Assembly (NCBI RefSeq): GCF_006345805.1
Contig: NC_043000.1
Coordinates: 120,280,001-120,344,000 of the forward strand
Direction of reading: 5' to 3'
DNA: 64,000 bases
Source of the DNA: Octopus sinensis
Taxonomy: Eukaryota
Below the pieces are notes generated by a model that worked only from the letters and a program-made list of their open reading frames with translations, did not search any database and was not told where the DNA came from. Shown one piece after another: positions 51,680 to 64,000 of this stretch (its first letter is position 1; every line of letters starts with the position of its first letter). The position numbers and the translations under genes are program-made.

Positions 51680-53110
51680 TGCTTTTAGGGCTTGGGTGGG
51701 TATTTGTTTGCGTCTTCAGCAAAAGGGTGTGCTCCAGCATCTACTCAGCCGGTGGCTGAAACCATTAAGAAACCATTAAGAAAGGCGAAATGTACATTTG
51801 GTACAATGCAGTCAACAGGGACAGTGCCTGAGATGGGAGGAATATGTGATCAACCGCAGAATATCATGGAAGGAACTGTGGGCTTGGGAACAAGTAAGAA
51901 CATCCTTCCTGATCAAGTCCACCTTCGACGTTCTACCCTCACCGGCGAACTTAGTCCGGTGGAACATTAAAACAACCGATGAGTGTAGATGCGGAGAGAA
52001 AGCGACGGTTAGACATGTTCTATCAAGTTGCAGACTAGCACTAGAAAGATATACATGGCGGTATAATCAAGTCCTCGGCGTCATAAGCGCAGCACTCAAG
52101 GAGAAGATAGAGAGGTATAATAGGGGAGAGTACCCAAAAGTAGAAAAGCACAGGAAAGTATACTTCCACAAAGAAGGAAAACGAAATAAAACCAGGCCTA
52201 CAAGTAAAGTATACGAGACAGACGAAAGATGGAAGGGATACTGGGAGGTGGCCACGGACTTGGAAAGACAAGTAATATTTCCACTAATAAAAACAACAAA
52301 AAGACCGGATTTAGTCCTATGGAACAGAGACCGGAGAACAGAATTTTACTAGAACTGACAGTACCTTGGGAAGAGAACATCGGCAATGCAGAGGAACGGA
52401 AGGAGAAGAGGTACGAAAAACTAATCGAAGAATGCAGAGAACAGGGATGGAATGTCGGATATTATCACCTGGCAGTTGGTGCTAGAGGCTTCATTGAAAG
52501 GAAAATGACAACGCTTTTCAAAAGATTTGTTTTTTCTAGTTCCGAGCTGCGAAAACTAATAAGGAGAGTACAGGAGGCGGCCGAAAAAGCCAGCTTCTAT
52601 ATATGGCTGAAGCGGGAAGACCGAAAATGGCTTGAAAGTCATAACATGCCGGCGGGAAATAACATAACTAGTTGAGACAAGCTGACATTGAATCAGCTTC
52701 GCTGACTGACAGGTGACGGTCGTTTAGAAAATCAGCGAGCTAAAACTACGTGACTTCACTAGTCAGTTAAAGTGAGACAGTGTCACGTGACAACTTGCTG
52801 GGGCTGCCTGCTGGAGCCTAGCGGCAGGTATTTAAAGGGAAAAATTCCACAAGTCAGTCAGTCACCGGCTGACACTCGCTGATGATACATCGAAGAGGTC
52901 AGAGAACAGAAGAAAGAAGACATGGACCCAACATCAGAGCTGAAGACACCGCCGAAAGGGGGAAGGGGCGCCATGTTAGAACGGTAGAGAAGTAGGGGCC
53001 GAAACCGGACGTGCTTCCTCCTGATGATGTCTTGAGCTAACTGGATCCTATAAAGGAGCTGTTGTGGTAGCAGACCATGAAACACGGTTGTAATTCCTGC
53101 TAAAAGATAT
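51680..53110 (+). mobile_element. 5'-truncated HERO-like (REL-class) non-LTR retrotransposon: C-terminal ORF (to 52675) plus 3' UTR; frameshifted
   Basis: Translates QQGQCLRWE, SFLIKSTFDVLPSPANL, CCHC finger CRCGEKATVRHVLSSC, YTWRYNQVL and REL motif RPDLVLW...ELTVPWEE...KRY...W.....AVGARGF. Frameshift near 52340 and an 11-bp duplication near 51770. The 3' end is approximate. Confidence 0.88.
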
Positions 53111-53197
53111 ATGTATTTTGTGCGCATACATACCTGTGCGTGTGTGTTTGTGTGTGGGTGGGTGTTTATGTACACGTATTCATTCTTTTATTTTTTT

Positions 53198-53530
53198 ATT
53201 CTTTTACTTGTTTCAGTTATTTGACTGCGGCCATGCTGGAGCACCGCATTCAGTAGAAAACATCGAGCCCAGGACTTATTCTTTGTAAGCCTGGTATTTA
53301 TTCTATCGGTCTCTTTTGCCGAACCACTAGATTACAGGGACGTATACACAACAACATCGTTTGTCAAGCGATGGTTGAGGGACAAATACAGACACACACA
53401 CAAATATATGCATATATATATGTATGTGCATATATATATATATATATATATATACATACGACGAGTTTCTTTCAGTTTCTATCTATCGAATCTACTCACA
53501 AGGCTTTAGTCGGCCAGAGGCTATAGCAGA
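53198..53530 (-). mobile_element. SINE family A, 5'-truncated
   Basis: Family A tail and body in reverse. Confidence 0.9.
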
Positions 53531-54037
53531 AAACTCTCTCACACACACACACACACACGCACACACACCACACACACACACACACGTATATATACTAAAA
53601 ATATAAGAGTCTATAAATTATTTTTATACACAGATAGGAGACCTTTGACAGGGTAATTATAATGAAACCCAAGTTTTTTCCCATGGTTTGGCTTTAAACT
53701 GCCCTTTCTATCATGTAAAGAGTCCTGTCCAGGGTCTCCTTTCTGTGTATAAAAATATTTTATACACTCATATATATATATATATATATATGAGGAAGAA
53801 AGCAATTAGCAGAAAACTTAAGAGTGGAGAAATATAGTGCGATAGGTGAACACGAATAAAGATTAAAGGCGTGGAAATAGATATATTTAGTGGAAATCAA
53901 ATGTAAGAAGGTCGAATTTTATAAACCGGTAGAAATTACTTATAGAAACTAAAGTTATGCTTTTGCTGATGTTTGCGACGATAAACGTATTCTTTAAACA
54001 AGATGATTCTCTGAGAACAGGATGAAATACAGTTCAT

Positions 54038-54551
54038 CGTTACAGAGCGGACCTCGTATCCCCAAGATAGTAGATTATATACTTTTAATATATTGGGCTT
54101 CTAGACTTTTCTAGGCCATATTTTTTTTTCTTATTCCTTATTCTCTTTCTTTATATTCGATGCTCTTGATCTTTAATCTGATGAAGCTCCGTGCCTAATT
54201 CGAATGCCCAAAGTTTATCTTCCCAGGTATTTATAGACAGCGTTTGGCAACGGATACGGAAGCGGCCGTAGGATTTATTACGTCACCTATTTGTTATGTC
54301 ATGCTTTGTATTAAAAAATAAACTTTAAATGTAGCCCAATCGATGTGTTTGTTAATCTGAGGTTTTCTCCATTTCCGGTTATTTGTATTTGTTTCCTGAT
54401 AAACTCTTGCTTATCTTGTTGTTACCTGCACACTTCGTGCATAGTGTGCCTGCATACCAATGCCTGGGGGATAACACGGATAACGGATACCGATAGAACA
54501 TACGGATATTTTATCCCTTAGTCGGTTATTATAACTGCTAACTCTGTTACA
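54038..54551 (-). mobile_element. Possible solo LTR (~514 bp)
   Basis: Near-inverted ends CGTTACAGAG ... CTCTGTTACA (TGTAACAGAG start on the minus strand) and a TATA-like TATAAATA on the minus strand. No convincing TSD. Confidence 0.35.
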
Positions 54552-54591
54552 CTATATATTTATGTATACATGTATATATATATATATATAG

Positions 54592-54630
<39 letters not shown>

Positions 54631-54940
54631 ATATATATATGCATATACATATTATATTATATATTATATTCATATAACACACGTATATATTATATTTATA
54701 TATATACATATATACCAGCATGTATTGCGTGCATGAGTTGTGTTCAATGTATGCCATATTTTCATAACTCTTACAGAAGTATTATAACAACAACCCATAT
54801 TGTCTCAGCGTTTCAGGAGCACCACCTCGGAAAATAATGACATCGTTTCTAAGAGTGTTGTAGAGGAACTAATGCATGTCATTGCTCATACAGCTATATG
54901 ACTCACATTTATTCACACGGGAAAACACACACACACACAC

Positions 54941-54977
<37 letters not shown>

Positions 54978-55471
54978 ATATATACATATATAAATATGTG
55001 TACACACGTATGCCTTATTGAGTATATGCGCATGTGTATCTGAGTACGTATATATAGATGTATATGCGACTAGTATCACGTTTAAAAGAAAGTATTTAGC
55101 ATTCTATATGCCTATTAATACGTTTGGTATGATTTAATGCTATGGAAATATTCAAATATTGCCGTCTGCATATGGACACTTGAGTTCTTCAACTATTCGC
55201 ACACACACACACACACATATGTATGAGTGAATGTATATACATACATATATAAGTGTACAGACATTCTGTCATACACACACATGTATTTATACAACACACG
55301 GTCCGTTCCAACTCACGCACATATTACTTCATCTTCGTTGTGGTTCACTCCAAATACACTGCCTTAAAATTCAATTGTCAAACGTAATTTAGAAGTCTTA
55401 AAATGTACTCTCAAATTTCTGTCAAATGTCCCTTACTGCTATCGTTTTAATCTATTAATTAAGATATTTCA

Positions 55472-55510
<39 letters not shown>

Positions 55511-55519
55511 ATCGATAAG

Positions 55520-55622
55520 AAACTTAACTCCCAGCCACATGGCTCTGGTGTCAGTCCTACTCCGTGGAATCTTGGGCAAGTGTCTTCTACTATACTATTG
55601 GTCCGACCAGTGTCTTGTTAGT
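55520..55622 (+). mobile_element. SINE family A 5' fragment
   Basis: CCACATGGCTCTGGTGTCAGTCCTACT...TTGGGCAAGTGTCTTCTACTATA. Confidence 0.75.
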
Positions 55623-55631
55623 CTATGTATG

Positions 55632-55702
<71 letters not shown>

Positions 55703-55705
55703 GTA

Positions 55706-55736
<31 letters not shown>

Positions 55737-55810
55737 GTATACATATATATATACATATATGTATGTATATATATGTATATATATGTATATATAATATATA
55801 TATACATATG

Positions 55811-55859
<49 letters not shown>

Positions 55860-55960
55860 GTATGTATATATATATGATATATATGTATATATATGTATAT
55901 ATATGTATATATATATATATATAATATACATATATATACATACTACATATATATATATAT
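55623..55960. repeat. Long (TA)n/(TATG)n mosaic
   Basis: Direct reading. Confidence 0.96.
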
Positions 55961-56517
55961 CGCTTAGGAATAGCGCTACTAATGAGTTGGTGTTAGAACT
56001 GAATATAAATATGCTCCACATAAAAGGATCTGTTGAGACCAGAGAGTTATTAAAAAATTAAACAGAGTAAATAAATGACAAGGGTATAAGAAATAATGTG
56101 ATGAACTTGATTTACTTTCATGTCATGCATTACATTTTCGCATTTCACTTATGATGAAGCTTTCAGATGACACATAAGCACTCAAATATGAGTGCATTGC
56201 ATCTTAAAGCAGAAACAGCCGTCGACAAATTAGGTTCATGACATAATTTTTCTATTTTCTTGTCATTTCTTAAAAATTTGTTATATAATCGCCGTAGTAT
56301 AATGTTTTCATATTCAACCACTAGAAATTTAGCAGAGATAAGAGCAGCATACAATAAACAGAGAAGTGGGGAATATCTCAACTCTAACTCTATAAAGAAG
56401 AGTAGAATTGATAATGTGTATTGTGAAATTAAATCTCATAATAATTTTCCTGAACTACGTTTCGATTCTGTAATTAATTGTGACTGAGAACGCAATTAAG
56501 TTATTACCTTGTTTTTA

Positions 56518-56575
<58 letters not shown>

Positions 56576-56590
56576 ATAATAATAATAATC

Positions 56591-56641
<51 letters not shown>

Positions 56642-56643
<2 letters not shown>

Positions 56644-56820
56644 TGAGAAAGAAAGTAAACGATGCTGGATCAGAGATATAGCATGCCTAGCTGATAACAA
56701 GGTATGCAATAAGGAAGAAAGAAAAGATGCTCGAAAAATAAGGAATGTTACCTTAGTTCGCTGGTAGTGAACAGCTGACACAGCAGTACATCTCCAGCGT
56801 TAGAAGCTGTGCAAAGGCAA
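56642..56820 (+). mobile_element. Fragment of a second R4/Dong-like family (REL region) in (AAT)n
   Basis: Translates IEKESKRCWIRDIACLADNKVCNKEERK, equivalent to the C..IDIA.P.D......KE.EK motif; (AAT)n on both sides. Confidence 0.65.
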
Positions 56821-56839
56821 TAACAACAACAACAACAAC

Positions 56840-56875
<36 letters not shown>

Positions 56876-57922
56876 CTCACTTTAATACCTAATTCTGAGA
56901 GGTAGACTAGTAGGAGTTCTTTTAACCATGAGTACCAAATACAAGTGAATAAATGCCTGTGTAATTGTAAACACGAAATTGTTTGCCCCTTAGAAAATCG
57001 GTGTTTAAGGAAAAATAATATTCTATCAGTATAAGTTAATAACACGGGATCACGAGTATTATTCCATTGGTTCATCTGCTACAATTTGAAAATCTAGACT
57101 TCATATATATATGCGTGTGTGTTTGTGTGTGTGTGTGTGCGTTCAAAATACGCAGTAAAATAAGTTCATAATTGTTTTAAGAGGAATGACCAAGCTATAT
57201 TCTTCATCTCATATACAAGACTGGAGATAAAGAAAAAGGTTGGTCATTCTTCTAAACAATTATGATTTCTGACGAACTTCTGTCAAAGCAATACACGCAT
57301 TCTCCTATCAAATACTGTGTACAAATTCTTTCTGTATATATGCTTATAAACAATTATGAAATTATTTTACTGCCTATTTTGAACACTTTTTACGTAACCT
57401 GTTTAAACACAAAGCCTCTCTTAACATTTTCTTATCATAGTCAAAGATTGTATCACTGTATTTTAACACATCTATCTTAACTAATTTTTAACACCAGAAA
57501 GGCTACACAAAGTCTTGCACTTTATTTTTGAAAATCTTCTTTAAAAGAAATGAAAGAGGTCAAGTCAATAAACACCTTTAAAAGACCTCTACATTTTCAA
57601 ATCATCTTCCCTATATATTTTCACACGTGCGGTACCATCCAACTTACTTTGTTATATGTACATATATACATAAATAAATAGAGTAAAACGCAAATGTTAT
57701 TTGAATATTTTTTACTTCCGACATATGTTTCAAAGAACACATTGGTATTATTCCAAAAGTAATAAAATCGTGTAAAACAATGCAACCTTCTCGTCAGGAA
57801 AAGTAGGATAGGACTTTTCATTTGAGCCATCTTAACTCTTTAAATAGGCTGATCATATCACAATTCATGTCTTTTGGCTTAAGACCTTTTAAGGTCTTGG
57901 TCGGAGACCACACAGAGCTTAC

Positions 57923-58031
57923 TCAACCATGTTCCAGTTCGAAAGACAGACGACAACCAAGCCAACCATAGTATGAAGACGCTATTGTAAACCAGCGACA
58001 GACATAACGTCATCACCAACATCGTCTCCAT
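57923..58031 (-). CDS. Candidate exon encoding a signal-peptide/TM-like segment METMLVMTLCLSLVYNSVFILWLAWLSSVFRTGTWL
   Basis: Acceptor ATCTTTGTAG directly before ATG and donor GA|GTAAGC; 109 nt, open in phase 0, hydrophobic, unique sequence. Confidence 0.35.
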
Positions 58032-58921
58032 CTACAAAGATTTCAACTTGTACACAATAAGATAAATACAGATTCAACTCATGCTGTTAGTGTGAAAATC
58101 TCACCACGGAAAATCAGTTGCAGTATATATATCTGAAAGAATATCTATATTAAGAGAAAAATATGCACAACAAGTGACTCAACTAATCTCGGCTCCGAGA
58201 CTCAAATATTGTATAGAACTCATTATCGTGTACTACATGAACTGGTAAAATAAGTCTAAAGTAACTTCATTTAAAATCAAAATGTTGAGATTTCTCTTAT
58301 GCTCTGTTGTACTTGCATAAACCTTATTTCTGTATTTCTTTCACACACACACGAACACACAGACACAAATATTATAAACATGCATTCATGACACAACACT
58401 ACGCTAAATATAACAAATCACTTTGTACACTGTGAATGAACTGACCAATCACGGCTTTCGGATTTGTGCACTGTGAAATAAATCTATCTTCTCTTTATAA
58501 AAGTAGAACGGTTTTTGGAGTCCTTATTTCATATACTTTGGCACTGTTTATAAACATGTTTATGGCTTATATAACAATATAATATATTATGTTATGTTAT
58601 GTTGGGATGCGGCCGGACGCTGTTGTACAAGAGGGGAAATATGTCACCGAAACTCCTCACGTATGGTCGAATTCTAAAATACCAATGTTTTCTTCAAAAC
58701 ATATGCCGGAAGTAAAAAGATTTAAATAACACCTGCGTTTAATTCCATTTATTTATTTATCTATAATATTCAAAAACATTTCACCGAAACCTGGAGTGTC
58801 TACCTTTATAAGTAGGCTGTTTCATCTTTGGTACTTGTGTGAATTTTTGTTACCCTGGTAACTATTTATTTTTTCCGTGTTTCTAAACACTGAAGAAACA
58901 CCCCCCCATCCCCCATATAAT

Positions 58922-58966
<45 letters not shown>

Positions 58967-59900
58967 TATATTATATATATATATATATGTATTTTTCGTC
59001 GACATGGTGTTAGCCATTCAATTTTTGCCAATTTCTTTGTTCATTTATCTAATCACCTCTGCTATATGAAACATGATATTGTTTCTATAGTCAGTTTTGA
59101 CTGCTATTTCTGTCAGGGTGGTGCCTATTTGGTACTTTAATCATATATATATATATATATATATATCTATATATATACATATGTATGTGTGTGTGTGCGT
59201 GTATGTGTGTATGTATATACACGTATATATGTTTCCCAGAGACCAAGCTGTCTTTTAAAGGCAACAATTACAAATTTTGATATTTTCATAATTTCACTTC
59301 CGACCCATGGTTTGCAATGACAACTTTTAATTTTTTTTTGCATCTTTCGTTTTACTAAAGTTACAGAACGTAACTGGAGTGAAAGAATGAACTAACGTTA
59401 CCCGACGTTAAAATACAAATAAGATAAAGGTTTAAATTTTCTGATATTGATTTCAAATTTTGACACAAAGGCTAGCAATTTGTGGTGAGTCGGTATATTA
59501 CATCACCGACCCAGTGTTTAACTGGTATTTATTTTATCGATCTCGCAAGCATGAAAAGCAAAGTCGACCTCGGCGGCATTTGAACACAACGTAAAATCGG
59601 AAGTCAGGCAGCTAAGATTTTTTTTCCTGCAAAGGTAACGATTCTATCAGCTCGTCGCTTTATAAGTTTTCTAATATTACAATACTGGAATTGGCGAATG
59701 AACTACCTATTCTAATATTAGAATAAACCCTGATAGTTGTTGACACAATTCTTGTTTATATTATCTGATGGTCAACTCTGATCGAAAAGACCTTCAATAA
59801 AGGGCTTTGTGTATTTTTTTTTATTAGACAGATTGTGTATAGATCTACGTTATTGCATATGCGCTTCTTTTGAAGTGTGTGTAGTTTTTATTTTAACGAG

Positions 59901-60112
59901 ATTCGGTTGTGATACCAAATAGGACAAGGGACCGCAAAGAAACTCCTCCGTCCATTAGATTTATGATCAAAAGCATTTCGCAAAGTGTATCTAGGAAAAT
60001 ATCAAACAATGTGTCATTTCTTTTGAAGATGCAAGAGATTTCAGAGAAATTGAAATTATGCTACTTCAAACAGCTTGACCGACTTCTCTGGTCCATGAAC
60101 AAGAGATTCGAA
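59901..60112 (+). CDS. Candidate plus-strand exon (DSVVIPNRTRDRKETPPSIRF...LLWSMNKRFE), unidentified
   Basis: TTTTTATTTTAACGAG acceptor, GAA|GTGAGA donor and an open frame overlapping ORF 59909..60235. No recognisable domain. Confidence 0.2.
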
Positions 60113-60339
60113 GTGAGAAATGTAGGAAATATAAGCCTCTCGCATCTCCTATCACACACACAAGCGCGCGTGTACACAAATATATTCATTAATTGCAAGA
60201 TATTGCATATTCACATTGCAGTTAATGTGGTGTAAGTTCCATGATTTCTCTTTTACATATTAAGATGTACTTTTAAACTCTGGGGATCATTGAATACTTT
60301 ACTACTGGAAGGGGTACGCATTTGCTATGAACAAAACAC

Positions 60340-60532
60340 AAACAAGGACAGACAAACGGAATAAATCGATTATATAGACCTCAGTGCGTAACTGGTACTT
60401 ATTTAATTGACCCCGAAAGGATGAAAGGCAAAATCAACCTTGGCGGAATTTGAACTCAGAACGTAGTGGCAGACGAAATACTGTTAAGCATTACGCCCGG
60501 CGTGCTAACGATTCTGCCTGCTCGCTGCCTTA
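60340..60532 (-). mobile_element. SINE family B monomer
   Basis: Reverse complement of head, core and part of the type-1 tail. Confidence 0.88.
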
Positions 60533-61323
60533 ACATATGTTCTGTCAGTAGTGATTGCCATGAAAAATTCGGTATCTGTATAGTGACTGAAACAACAGCC
60601 AATAATTTTAACATCAGGTATTAGTAGCACACTTATACCTTTAGAACGTTACAAAATCGATTCAGAATTTTCCGTTCCTATAAGATAATAATCTAGTTTA
60701 AAATATTAGCAGCTTGCAGAAAAAGTTATACTCCATACACAATCTAAATATACAGTTAGCGCATTCTTGAAGAACTTGCTAATTTCAAATACCATATTAA
60801 ACCTAAATAATCCCATACCAGTTTATTCCAAAACCCATAAACGAATTCTGAGATGCATAATGCTATCTTACCAGTTGAAGATGAGCGATCTAACAGGAAT
60901 GTTTCTCATTTCAAAGATTATTTAAACTTTTACGTATAGCAATAGCAAAGATATTACCCTTTAAACATAATTCTTGACGCCTTCTCGGAATAATTGCATA
61001 TAGGGTTTCATGTGCATACTAATTCAAACTCAACCCATTCAAAGACACTCATACATACATATTCATCTGGTAATCACACATCTTCCCAAAACAGCAGCCA
61101 ATGGTAACCAGCGTCGAAAATCTAAGACATAACTATTAAATTGAATTTTCTAATACGAGTACATATTGAAATATAAATGTGGAACAGTGGAACTTAACTC
61201 ACATTACCTGAAGAACCATGTGATGGCGAAAGGTTGTGTTCTAATGTGAATTTGCAATATTCAGCAATGAATACTTAGTGTCCTACATACAAAACTTGAG
61301 TTAACACATCTGCAATACGATTG

Positions 61324-61369
<46 letters not shown>

Positions 61370-61786
61370 ATATATATATATTGTAGTATTATATCCATAT
61401 TACGTTATTTAAATGTATATATATATGCATAGTTGTTTGTGAGTATGTGCACGTATGTGCTTGTAAATCTAAAGAGAGTACAGAGTTTATGGGATTATAT
61501 GCGCATACATATACAGACACACAAGTGACCATATTTACAAACTCACACGCATAAATATTGGCACATAGATATATACACGCAGATTTGATTTATCGCGCTG
61601 CTCATACAAGACAGCCAAAGTATATGATTGTATTTACATCAACTATCCAAGTAGTGTGTTGCTATATAGATCGCTCTAAGTGTATCTGGGCATGCAGTTA
61701 AATACGAAATCCTGTGTTATATCTCTTATATGGATATATTTGCGTGAAACGCCTCTGAGTGAATGTATGAGAGCATATATATATAT

Positions 61787-61831
<45 letters not shown>

Positions 61832-62556
61832 TGATTTATATGGTTTTATATAGATTGTAAATGTGAAGATGCGTATGTAGATGTACTCGTGCTTTCGCCT
61901 GTGCTTGTGTTTGAGTATATTTTACTGTGCGAGTATGTAACTCTATCCGTTTGGGTATACGCCTGTTGCTATGGAAAATCAACTGAAGAAAAATCAATAA
62001 ATAACTCTTTCACTGCGGAACAATTCAATAATAAACTATAATTTTCATTTCTTATCTTGCCACCTCTTCACGCATATATATATATATATATAATATATAT
62101 TATATAATTATATATTATAATATCTATATATATATATATATATGTGTGTGTATGTGTGTGTGTGTACTTACGTATATGTACATACACGTATTTATGTGTG
62201 GGCAAAGGGAAAGAGAGATAGAGAGAGACAGAGATAGAGAGATAGTAAGACCGAATATAAAATATGTATAAACATTTTATATTTGGTCATATAATATTAT
62301 TTGGTATCTAGCTATCTATATTAATGTGTATTATTATATATACTAAAGTTTATTATAAACGCATATATATATATATGTATAAACGCATATATATATGAAT
62401 ATGTGTGTGCGTGTGTGTGCGCTATATATATATATATTATATATATATATGTATAATATATATATATATATATAGCGCGCACACGCACACATAATTACGT
62501 ATATAGATATTTGCTTACATACGTATGTATGTATGTGTGTATCTATCAATCTATCA

Positions 62557-62594
<38 letters not shown>

Positions 62595-62607
62595 ATATCT
62601 CTCTATC

Positions 62608-62663
<56 letters not shown>

Positions 62664-62822
62664 TTAAATATACACACATATGTATATGCTTATATATAAA
62701 TATAAACGGAAATACATATACATACGTGATATATATGCACACACACACACACATATATGTTTTACATACACTCATATATAGATATACATATATATAGGTG
62801 TATTTAAGTATGCATGTATATA

Positions 62823-62897
<75 letters not shown>

Positions 62898-63317
62898 ATT
62901 TTGTGTATGAGTCTATGCATGTATATATATATTATATATATATATGGAAATATAATAATAGTGATATATATAGAAGCACAGCTGAAGGGTATAAGAAAAA
63001 TAAGAGGTGAAACGAAAAGAGAAAGCGAATGAGAGGAGAAATGAAAACAGGTTCTAAGTATATGGTGAGGATGTCGGGTGAGTTATTTCGCACGGTTTAT
63101 TCTGTTTACGGATATTGCCTCTGTACAAGATTGATCTCACTCTTCCATTGTTATTACAGTAACATCTTCACCACCACAGTCACTGCTATCGCCTTGCCGA
63201 ACAACGCCAGCCAAGTCCATTATCGTTATCGTTGCCACAAGCGAGTACTAATACTACTATTGCTATCCCCGGCATTAACTCTTATCCCAGTGTTATCACT
63301 ACATCGATGAAGATGGC

Positions 63318-63404
63318 GACAGCGGTGACGGCGCAGACGACAGCGGTGACGGCGCAGACGACAGCGGTGATGGCGCAGACGACAGCTGTGACGGCGCAGA
63401 CGAC
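63318..63404 (+). repeat. 21-bp minisatellite x4 (GACAGCGGTGACGGCGCAGAC)
   Basis: Direct reading; two single substitutions. Confidence 0.95.
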
Positions 63405-63566
63405 GAAGAGAAACGCTGGCGTGACGACCACCGCCATTTACAACTGTTATTGATAGTATATAGTAATACCACTTATTAGTATCCTTAGGCATACTATGGT
63501 CACTAACGCCATCACACCAATCCTTTCGAAAGTTATTAATGTAGTCTTACCAATGCCCGTTTACTG

Positions 63567-63785
63567 ATGTTGAGGTGGTTTGGCCACAGGGAGAAGATGG
63601 ATGATGAGCAGATGGTAAGGAGGGTGATGAAGGCTGAAGTGGTAGGTAGCAGAACCAGAGGCAGATCTCGGTTTGTGTGGATGGATGGAATGAGGAAAGC
63701 TTTGGTGGTTAGAGGTGTTGGAGCGAGACAGCCAAGAGAGTTTATAAATTATAGGAAAGCATGGAGAGTGTTTGTGGATGGATGA
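63567..63785 (+). mobile_element. RTE-clade LINE 3' coding end; probable 3' UTR follows
   Basis: Translates LRWFGHREKMDDEQMVRRVMKAEVVGSRTRGRSRFVWMDGMRKAL...RKAWRVFV, the LRWFGH...RGRPR..W.D...DR..W signature. Confidence 0.88.
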
Positions 63786-64000
63786 ATGAATTTGATGTTG
63801 CTCACAGGCGTATGGAACCAGTATGATGCGGCGGGGATAAACCAGCATATGCTATCATGTCCCACTACTGGTATTGGGGGTTGCGTTCTATGCCTTGACC
63901 CGAGCATAGAACGGGGCTCGCCCCTTTGAGCTGGAAAATGAATGGAATGTCTGGTGGGTGTCTTTCTGTGGCTATCTCCTCCTAAAAAAAGGGGATATGA

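Noticed and set aside
52995-53040. GAAAC…CTGATGA in the HERO 3' UTR as a type II hammerhead
   Set aside because: No valid stem III/UH site and no stem II closing pair.
54178-54210. CTGATGAAGCTCCG… as a hammerhead
   Set aside because: No complementary stem II partner and no GAAA.
56163-56381. Minus-strand ORF with a signal-peptide-like start (RYSPLLCLLYAALISA)
   Set aside because: TTG start, no good donor, AT-rich composition and no homology recognised.

Overview
AT-rich eukaryotic genomic DNA packed with microsatellites and interspersed repeats. The SINE/LINE repertoire and the (TA)n/(CA)n/(AAT)n density look to me like a coleoid cephalopod (Octopus-like); this is pattern recognition, not a database result. 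The window opens with a 43-bp satellite (1-3733) and a 100-N gap. The rest is mostly four tRNA-derived SINE families (labelled A-D here) plus decayed Penelope-like, RTE, R4/Dong-like, HERO-like, mariner, Tigger and hAT elements. No intact protein-coding gene is recognisable, and nearly all ORFs in the track are translated repeats. A few weak candidate exons suggest a spliced minus-strand host gene. The best leads are: two type I hammerhead-ribozyme motifs in Penelope-type termini; a ~180-nt rod-like hairpin in unique DNA; a 27-bp in-frame repeat encoding GKR-flanked peptides; modular SINE-B concatemers with two alternative tails; a templated insertion inside a SINE; a filled/empty SINE site pair; and a SINE-bounded 614-bp tandem duplication.
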